Shown here: in pieces, positions 57,049-64,000 of the stretch | Position numbering within the stretch: position 1 is the stretch's first letter | How the letters are laid out: every line of letters begins with the position of its first letter | Source: an uncultured Planctomycetota bacterium | Lineage (GTDB): Bacteria > Planctomycetota > Planctomycetia > Isosphaerales > Isosphaeraceae | Assembly (NCBI GenBank): GCA_963823665.1 | Contig: CAWGMQ010000004.1 | Coordinates: forward strand, 960,001 to 1,024,000 | Length of the DNA stretch: 64,000 nt | Direction of reading: 5' to 3' | Made by a program: the position numbers and the translations under genes | Notes under the pieces: model-generated | Seen by the model: the letters and a program-made list of their open reading frames with translations, nothing else | Databases searched by the model: none | What the model was told of the DNA's origin: nothing

Positions 57049-57975
57049 ATGGACCCTCTCTCAGGCGTGCTGTCGCTCCTGAAACCCCGCAACACGATGT
57101 GCGGCGGCTTCGACGTGGGTGGGGAATGGTCATTTCAGTTCCCCAAGCACGAAGGCATCAAGTGCTATGCGGTGGTCTCCGGCCAATGCTGGCTTTCCGT
57201 GGAGACTGTCCCCGAAGCGGTGCACCTGAAGACGGGGGATTGCTTCCTGCTGCCGCTGGGACGGCCGTTTCGCCTTGCAAGCGACCTCGCTTTGGAGCCA
57301 GTTGACTTCAGGTCGATGCATTCGACCCCGCTCAATGGTCGCGTCGCCTCCTGGAATGGGGGAGGAGACGTTTCCGGAGTGGGCGGTTATTTCGGCCTTG
57401 AGGGCAATCACGCCGGTATCCTGTTGGGGATGCTCCCGCCGATCGTTCACATCAGGAAGGAGGCGGATAAGCTGGCGCTGCGTTGGTCCATCGAGCGGAT
57501 GATGGCAGAGCTGCGTGAACCGCAGCCGGGCAGCTTCCTGGTCCTGGAGCACCTCGCCCACATGATGCTGGTCCAGGCTCTTCGGGCACACCTGGCGGAA
57601 GGGTTGAGCGGGAGCGTTGGATGGCTCTTCGCGCTGGCGGACCAGCAAATGAGCTTGGCAATCCAGTCGATGCACGACGATCCTGCGCATCCCTGGACTT
57701 TGCAGGAGCTGGCTGAGCGTGTCGGGATGTCGCGGTCGGGCATTGCCCAGAAATTCAAGGAGACCGTCGGCGCGACGCCCATTGATTACCTGACGCGCTG
57801 GCGGATGCTTCTGGCCGGGGACCGGCTGAGGAATTCCAGCGACCCCATCTCGGTGATCTCACAATCGCTTGGCTACGAATCCGAAAGCGCCTTCAGCACC
57901 GCCTTCAAGCGTGTCATGGGCTGTTCACCGCGGCGATATAGCCGTGGTCGGGATCTGGTTTCCGCTTCGCATTAG
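57049..57975 (+). CDS. AraC family regulator (cupin N-terminus)
   Basis: MDPLSGVL, WTLQELAERVGMSRS, LGYESESAFSTAFKRVMG. Confidence 0.93.
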   Translation: MDPLSGVLSLLKPRNTMCGGFDVGGEWSFQFPKHEGIKCYAVVSGQCWLSVETVPEAVHLKTGDCFLLPLGRPFRLASDLALEPVDFRSMHSTPLNGRVASWNGGGDVSGVGGYFGLEGNHAGILLGMLPPIVHIRKEADKLALRWSIERMMAELREPQPGSFLVLEHLAHMMLVQALRAHLAEGLSGSVGWLFALADQQMSLAIQSMHDDPAHPWTLQELAERVGMSRSGIAQKFKETVGATPIDYLTRWRMLLAGDRLRNSSDPISVISQSLGYESESAFSTAFKRVMGCSPRRYSRGRDLVSASH

Positions 57976-58556
57976 CGACGGCGCCCGTGCTGTTCAATGG
58001 CCCAGAGGCGGAGGTCTCCGAAGAGTTGTGCGAGGGCGGCGGGCTGGTAGTGAGCGTTGAGTCCGCTGGGGTTGGGGAGGACCCAGGCGTGGCTGCCGCC
58101 GAAGGGGGCATTCTGGAGGCCGACGCGGGCGTCTTTGATGCCGGAGACGATGCGGTAGGGGCCGATGCCGACGAAGGCGACGACGGTGGGGCGCCAGCGT
58201 TTGACCTTGGCTTCCAGTCGCTGGCCGCCGGCGCGAAGTTCGTCGTCGGTGAGCTCATCGGCGCGGACGGTGGCGCGCTGGACGATGTTGGTGATGCCGA
58301 ATTTGAGGTCGAGAAGGAGCGATTCTTCAAAGGGTGAGAAGAGGCGCGGGGTGAAGCCGCCGCCGTGGAGAGCGGGCCAGAAGCGGTTGCCGGGGCGGCC
58401 GAAGTGGCGGCCGATGGCGGCGGTGTAGAGGCCTGGGTTGATGCCGGCGAAGAGGACGATGAGGTTCTTGGCGGCGAGATCCGGGACGCGCTTGTTGCGC
58501 GCGGCGAGGAGCTGTGCTTTGGTGGGTTTCCAGGGAGTGGGCAATGTCCGATTCAT
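57972..58556 (-). CDS. mug: G/U mismatch-specific DNA glycosylase
   Basis: GINPG, HFGRPGNRFW, LPNPSGLN. Confidence 0.93.
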   Translation of the reverse strand: MNRTLPTPWKPTKAQLLAARNKRVPDLAAKNLIVLFAGINPGLYTAAIGRHFGRPGNRFWPALHGGGFTPRLFSPFEESLLLDLKFGITNIVQRATVRADELTDDELRAGGQRLEAKVKRWRPTVVAFVGIGPYRIVSGIKDARVGLQNAPFGGSHAWVLPNPSGLNAHYQPAALAQLFGDLRLWAIEQHGRRR

Positions 58557-58657
58557 AGGGTGGAATCCTTGGAGGGTACGTCATTTACGCTCGCACGTCC
58601 AAACCAGTACCATCCTGACTAGCTATCAATAGGTAAGTGATCTGGGCAAAAAAAATG

Positions 58658-59305
58658 TCAGGCAATCAGGGTCTCAAGGATCCATCGGGAGGTGGCCTCG
58701 AACCGCCCGGTATCATGAAAGGCTCTGGCTATCAACAACGCGCCTTCGAGGGACGAGAACAAGGACCGGGCGGCCGAATCCGCGGACCCCTTGAACCGGA
58801 ATTGCCGCCTCTTTCGCCCTTCGTCCAGCAATTTCGCAAGCCACTTCTCGTTGTCTGCGAAGAGCTGCCGGACGGCTTGCCCCACGGCATCCGGCAAGGT
58901 CTCCTGCTCGACCGCGAGCATGGCCCCCAGGCACATCCGGTTGTGACAACCGATCGTGGTGGCCTGAAAGAGCTGGATGAATCGCTCCAGCCGGCGCCGC
59001 GGGTTCTTTTCCGCGGCGTCGAGTCGAGCGAGGTTCCTGGCGAACACGTCCCTTTCATTCTCGATCAAGGCTTCGCCCAGGTCACCCTTTGTGGGGAAAT
59101 GATAGTGGATGCTCGCCGTCTTGATGCCGATCTGCTCGGCCAGATCGCGATAGCTGAAACCGTTGTAGCCCCGTGTCCGCACCAACGTCTCGGCCAGTTC
59201 CAGCAACTCTCTGCGCGTATCGCGATCGCTCATCGCTCGGTTCCAATCGAGAAGGGATCGGAGGCACTCAGGACCGCCGGCAGCCAATCCTGAGAACCTC
59301 GTCAT
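58658..59305 (-). CDS. TetR family regulator (start may be ATG 59233)
   Basis: RGYNGFSYRDLAEQIGIKTASIHYHFPTKGDL, MCLG. Confidence 0.9.
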   Translation of the reverse strand: MTRFSGLAAGGPECLRSLLDWNRAMSDRDTRRELLELAETLVRTRGYNGFSYRDLAEQIGIKTASIHYHFPTKGDLGEALIENERDVFARNLARLDAAEKNPRRRLERFIQLFQATTIGCHNRMCLGAMLAVEQETLPDAVGQAVRQLFADNEKWLAKLLDEGRKRRQFRFKGSADSAARSLFSSLEGALLIARAFHDTGRFEATSRWILETLIA

Positions 59306-59674
59306 CTTTCATTTCTTCGCCCCCATTGACCCAATCCTACCTACTAGATGATAGTTAGTCAATGGGACAGAGCGCCCCATCTCACTCAGTAGGTGGTCGG
59401 CCGACGTCCCAAGTCTTCGATCAGCGAGCGGGGTCAAGCCTTTGACCGCTCGCGTGACGATAGTATGATCGGGCGGGTCTGCGGAGGGTTGCCGCGCTGT
59501 CAGTGGCACGAGGATGGCTTCCCGGGACGGTTGGTCCGGCCTTCTGCGACAGGAGAGCTGATGTGCTGACTCAGCAAAACACAGAATCAGATCTAAGTTA
59601 CGCTTATCTGAATATGATAGCGCCAGATGAGTGTTCTTGTGCACCTATGCGCACCGCTACCTGAACGACGCTGG

Positions 59675-59772
59675 TGGCGCTCGAGTGCGGCTTCGAGAGC
59701 CACGAGGTGTTTATACAAGCGTTCCAGCGATCGTTTGGCATGACGCCCAGCAGCTATCGCCGCCGGGCCGCC
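59675..59772 (+). pseudogene. AraC C-terminal HTH fragment
   Basis: ALECGFESHEVFIQAFQRSFGMTPSSYRRR read from the sequence. Confidence 0.65.
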
Positions 59773-59949
59773 GTGGGAGACATACACAACCGATCCTGCA
59801 GATTATCCCGATCCCCAAGATTGGAAGACTGACGTGTTCTGGCCTCTCGCCCGCTAATTCCGGCATGTCGCCGTCAGCCGCGGCGACGCCTTCCAGCTAT
59901 TGCGCCCAATGGCTCTGCGCACCGTAATCCGGTAACAGCGGCCGAGGGA

Positions 59950-60290
59950 CTATTTCTTTGGCCCAGACGCGCTTACTACAGGCTGGGCGTTGGGCACGCT
60001 GGGGGCCGTATCTGCCTCACGGACCGAGAGATCGGCGTAGATGATCCGATACGTCTTGGCATCCCGCGGTCGATACCAGAAGACAGGTGTATCGGCTGCG
60101 CCAACCTTGACTCCTTGGCCCGCGTAATGCGCGTCGGCTTCCCGCGACAGTTGTTCGAAGGCAAAGGAGAGGCCACGGACAAACTTGAGCATCCCGTTCA
60201 GTTGTTCCTGCCTCTCTTCTTCGCTAGGACCGTCTTTCATCGGGTGAGACTTTGCCCAATCCTCTTGGAAACTGGTTTTCCCCCCTCGAA
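59950..60290 (-). pseudogene. C-terminal fragment of a planctomycete exported protein
   Basis: HYAGQGVKVGAADTPVFWYRP....YRIIYADLSVRE motif, with no plausible N-terminus. Confidence 0.55.
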
Positions 60291-60359
60291 TTCGACTCGG
60301 CGACTCCGGCCGAGTTCGAATTTCGGCGGGTGGCACGAGACTTTCAAGCAGTAATCGGG

Positions 60360-61085
60360 ATGCTCAAACCCTTGGATATCGCGCCGGATCCGCCCGGTGT
60401 CGCCTCGGTCGAGTTGAAGATTCCAGGATACGAGGTCCTGGGTCGCATTCATGACGGGGCCATGGGCACTGTGTTCAAGGCCCGGCAGATCAGCGTTGAT
60501 CGGATCGTCGCCATCAAGGTCTTGGGGGCGACCTGGGCACGCGATGCGGACCACGTTGAGCGCTTCTGCCGCGAGTCGTTGGTCATCGCACAACTGATCT
60601 TGGTGCCACGTCGTTTCACCTCGTCACGGGACGCGTCCCCTACGGCGGCAAGTCCGTCGCCGAGGCCATGCACCGACACGCGAGCGCGGATCCCTCTGCC
60701 CGCGCCGGAATCGCTCAACTTCGCGCTCACCAGCGGCTTGTGCGCCATCGTGCGGAAGTTGATGGCCTGGAATCGAGAGGACCGCTACCGCAGTCCAGAC
60801 GACCTGATCTTCGACCTCGCGCGGATGCTCCGAGGCGCTGGTCCACTGATCGCCGAGTTCGCGCCGGAAGCGCTCGCTCCGCTCGCCATTGGTGAGGCCG
60901 CGGGCGCGCCGCCGCCCGGTGTGGCCGTGCCTCGGCCGCGCTGCGGAGCCGACGCCCAGTTCCCGACCGGCGACGCCACTGGCGCTCTGCCCGTCTGGGT
61001 TTCGCTTCTCCTGTTCTCGGGCATGACCCTCTCGCTCTTGATGACCGCCGCCGTCCTGATCGTGGTGTCGGTTGATCGGTCCGCC
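60360..61085 (+). pseudogene. Ser/Thr kinase remnant with an internal deletion
   Basis: IPGYEVLGRI..GAMGTVFKARQ...VAIKVL..ERFCRE, then AIVRKLMA....RYRSPDDL and a TM segment; catalytic core missing. Confidence 0.75.
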
Positions 61086-61089
61086 CGCG

Positions 61090-62136
61090 CTACTGCGACG
61101 CGCGTTTGCGCCGCTCCGCGAGCCAGTCTTTCCCCTGTTCCTTCGTCAACGTCGAGAACTGGGCGTCGATGTCCGGGCGCTTCGGCATGCCGCTCTGTTC
61201 GCACGCGAGCCCCCGGCGCACCATGCCCTCGGTGTCGCCAGCCCAGTTCTCCGAGGCCAGCCCGTTTGCCAGTGCGACGAAATACCAGAGCCGCGCATCA
61301 TTCGGGTAGACCTGGACGAGAGTAAGAAAAACGTCGCGCACCGCTGGGTATTTCCCGTCGCGAAACAGAGCGGCGCCGAGTTCCCTGGTGATGTCAGCCG
61401 GGCTGACCTGACCGGGCGCAGAGCGCGATACCATCGCAGCCTTCAAGGCATTCAACGATGCATCGAGCTGCTTTGGTACGGCGGCGACCTCCGTGCGGAG
61501 GGCGTTCAGACCCTTGTCCAGCGCATCGACGCGTTGGCGGAGTGACTCGAATGTCGCCGGTAGCGGGGAGAGCTTTTGGCTCTCTTTGACGAGGTCGTCG
61601 ATTCTCATCCGCAGCGGCGCGAGGTCGGGCGGCGCGGGCGGCGCGTTGGTCCTTGCGTTCAGACGGTCTTCGAGCCGGGCGAGCTCGCGCCCGAGCGTGC
61701 CGAGCTCCGACTGCACTTCGCCGATGCGCGACGTCAAAGCGTCCATTGCGCTCTTTGAGGCCTTGGCGTCGATTGCACGCACGACTTCGCTCATGGGTGA
61801 ATTCGTTGCGGCCCTGGCGGGGGGTTCCGTGCGTGCGGCGCCCTTCCGCGCGGCGGCCCATCCCGCGAGTCCTCCGCCCAGGAAGAACACGATGTTGCCG
61901 GCGATGACCACGAGGACGACCGGCAACGATGCTCGCCGCTCGATCACGACGCGAGGCGAAGCAGGGGCTCCGGCGAGGCGCGGGGGTAGCGGTGCATCGC
62001 GAGCAGGAAGCGACCGAGCGTGTCTATTGGACGCGGGGGATTCCGGGACGTCGAAGAAGTCGGGCGGTAGTCCGCCCGTCGACGAGAGGGTCTCATCCGT
62101 CTCGAGCGGGTTGCGGTTACTCGGGTTTTCTGCCAT
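61090..62136 (-). CDS. Membrane-anchored coiled-coil protein with a C-terminal TPR-like domain
   Basis: Pro-rich N-terminus, single TM, heptad repeats, LFRDGKY...YPNDARLWYF. Confidence 0.75.
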   Translation of the reverse strand: MAENPSNRNPLETDETLSSTGGLPPDFFDVPESPASNRHARSLPARDAPLPPRLAGAPASPRVVIERRASLPVVLVVIAGNIVFFLGGGLAGWAAARKGAARTEPPARAATNSPMSEVVRAIDAKASKSAMDALTSRIGEVQSELGTLGRELARLEDRLNARTNAPPAPPDLAPLRMRIDDLVKESQKLSPLPATFESLRQRVDALDKGLNALRTEVAAVPKQLDASLNALKAAMVSRSAPGQVSPADITRELGAALFRDGKYPAVRDVFLTLVQVYPNDARLWYFVALANGLASENWAGDTEGMVRRGLACEQSGMPKRPDIDAQFSTLTKEQGKDWLAERRKRASQ

Positions 62137-62254
62137 TGCTCGTCCGCCTTTCGAGACTTGCCCCGGCATTCGATCGTCGCGAGGAAAACCATTCGCATCG
62201 TCAACCGGCCGCGCAACGCGTTCCTATCGCCCGCCCGCCCAATGGCGACTTGGC

Positions 62255-62270
62255 TGCAAAAGGCGTTCCG
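62255..62270 (-). promoter_or_regulatory. Sigma54 promoter candidate for the 62136 gene
   Basis: Minus strand CGGAACGCCTTTTGCA = GG-N10-GC. Confidence 0.6.
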
Positions 62271-62403
62271 CTGCGCCGGCAATCAAGGCGGCCCGAGCCC
62301 GGCGCTGGACGTGACCGCGGCGGCATCAGGCGCTCCCGGGGTTCAAGCTCACGGCGCCGCCGGGACAGGTGAGCTTGGTCGTTCGCAATTGGGCGAGAAC
62401 ATG

Positions 62404-64000
62404 CTACGGGCCACCAGCCCGGTCGACGGCGCCGCCGGACCGGGCCGGGGCCTTTGCAGGCGGCATCGGCCGGAGCCAACGCAAGGGATTCGCGGCACGC
62501 CCTCTTTCGCCGATCGCATCCGTGACCAGGCGTTCGCAGACGAATCGCGCCTCAGCGAGAGACAAATCGCCCCCGAGGCCGGCGGTGATCACGATGACCG
62601 GGAAGATATTGAGTCGCTCGAGGTAGGCGGGCTCGCTCTCCAGGTGGACCGCCGCGACCTCGCTGAGAGAGATCAAATCACCCATGGCGGTGCGGAGATG
62701 GCTCTGGACGAGCCGCTCGACCTCGCTTCGGCCGGCGGGGTCGATCTTCAAGAGAATGGGCCACTCTCGCCCGACGACCTGGATGTTGCCGGCCTGCACG
62801 GAGCCGAAGACCGCCTGAAGCGATGCGGAGACGTCGGGCAGGGCCAGGCCCAGCCTCGCCACCTTGGCCCGATCGATATCCACGGCGTACGTCGGCACCG
62901 GACGCGGGCCGGCCCACGCGTCGGTCAAGCGGGGGTCTCGCGACATTTGCGCTACGATCGTGTTAGCCAGTTCGCGCAAAGGTTGACGGTCGAACCCGCA
63001 GAGCGCAAATTCGATGGGGTAGCCGGAGCTCCTCGATCGGGCGTCGCCGGACAGGTCGCGCATCCGGATGGAAGCCGACTTCTCCGTGGCGATGCATCGC
63101 GTACGGATCTCACGAAGGATGCGCTCACGGTCCACCGCCGCCCCGTCCACCTGAGCGAGCCCCACGACCAGGCATGGTTGGTTGCGGTCCCGATCGAAGG
63201 GCTGCCCCGAGAGCGCCAGCACGTGGCGAACTCCCGGGATCTCGCGGAGCAATTGGTCGGTGCGGGCAAGAAGCTCGCGAGGGGACTCTTTCGGGCCGGC
63301 GGAGCGCAGGTTCACATCGAGGAGCAGGTGGCCGGGCGTTGCCGGCGCCGTGAATTCGAATTCGTCCGACAACTCGAGTCCTGGCGGCAACAACTCCCGC
63401 AATTCAGGCAATCGGTCCCTCACGGCGGCACTCACGGTGTGCGGGTCCGCCCCCGCCAATGCGTGGACCTCCAGCACGGCGACGGAGTTGCCGTCCAGGC
63501 TCGCGAAGCCAACCAGATCCTCGTTGCTTCGTATGATGGACTTCACGTCGTCGATGCGGATCGCGGTGCCGTTTGGATCGGACTTGATCGCGATCGACCC
63601 GAGCTGATCCATTTTCAGACCGCCCCGAGCGTTCGGCGTGAACTGGAATCCCCCGCGCGGTCCGGACGTCGCCTCGAGTGCCTGCTGTTCGATCGCACGC
63701 TTCACGTCGAGGACGGTCAATTGATAGGCTGCCAGCTTCTGCGGGTCCAGCAGGATTCGGGCGGACATGCCATCGCTACCGTGGAGGGTCACCTCCGCAA
63801 CTCCAGGCACGCGAGCGAGCTGGGGCCTGAAATAGACTGAGGCGAAGTTATTGAGATCCGAGGAGATATCGGCACTTCTGTCGGTCGATGAGACGGTGAG
63901 CAGCATGACCAGGACGGGCGACGCTTTCCTGACGGTGACCCCGAGCCGTCGGACGTCCTCGGGCAGCAGGGGCATCGCGTCGTTCACCCGGTTCTGGACG
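62404..64000 (-). CDS. RND (AcrB-like) periplasmic-domain-only protein, 5' end outside the window
   Basis: VQNRVNDAMPLLP, LARVPGVAEV, RILLDPQKL..YQLTV.DV, IDRAKVARLGL, ISLSEVA, LERLN. No TM helices in 530 aa. Confidence 0.85.
   Translation of the reverse strand, partial: VQNRVNDAMPLLPEDVRRLGVTVRKASPVLVMLLTVSSTDRSADISSDLNNFASVYFRPQLARVPGVAEVTLHGSDGMSARILLDPQKLAAYQLTVLDVKRAIEQQALEATSGPRGGFQFTPNARGGLKMDQLGSIAIKSDPNGTAIRIDDVKSIIRSNEDLVGFASLDGNSVAVLEVHALAGADPHTVSAAVRDRLPELRELLPPGLELSDEFEFTAPATPGHLLLDVNLRSAGPKESPRELLARTDQLLREIPGVRHVLALSGQPFDRDRNQPCLVVGLAQVDGAAVDRERILREIRTRCIATEKSASIRMRDLSGDARSRSSGYPIEFALCGFDRQPLRELANTIVAQMSRDPRLTDAWAGPRPVPTYAVDIDRAKVARLGLALPDVSASLQAVFGSVQAGNIQVVGREWPILLKIDPAGRSEVERLVQSHLRTAMGDLISLSEVAAVHLESEPAYLERLNIFPVIVITAGLGGDLSLAEARFVCERLVTDAIGERGRAANPLRWLRPMPPAKAPARSGGAVDRAGGP

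Overview
GC-rich bacterial chromosome segment, very probably Planctomycetota (Isosphaera/Singulisphaera-like). This is inferred from DUF1559 proteins, TIGR02999-type ECF sigma and Ser/Thr kinase remnants, 'RTDxxGDPLP' WD40 proteins and a sulfatase with FGE. The core-like genes are: two tandem secreted WD40 proteins, an inositol-type catabolic operon (iolD, iolE-like, MFS, 2-hydroxyacid dehydrogenase), higBA, a YfhO-like membrane glycosyltransferase, M3 oligoendopeptidase, xylose isomerase-like enzyme, sulfatase, uvrA, an ApbE-DUF2271/PepSY flavinylation module and an ABC system. Two accessory tracts (about 25-34 kb and 47.9-61 kb) are full of deletion-fused gene fragments. About 15 single frameshifts fall in otherwise intact genes, including uvrA, and most likely reflect long-read consensus errors. 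The most notable observations are: (1) an RND/AcrB-derived protein whose two periplasmic halves are joined in frame with TM2-TM12 missing; (2) a 5-kb integrase-stub plus giant kinase-TPR insert bounded by a ~350-bp duplication of an ABC permease 3' end; (3) an Rpn-like nuclease gene with an early amber stop but an intact RBS-preceded internal C-terminal ORF; (4) a duplicated promoter/5' module heading two cassettes. No tRNA, rRNA or CRISPR array was seen. All family calls are by motif recognition only, with no database searches.
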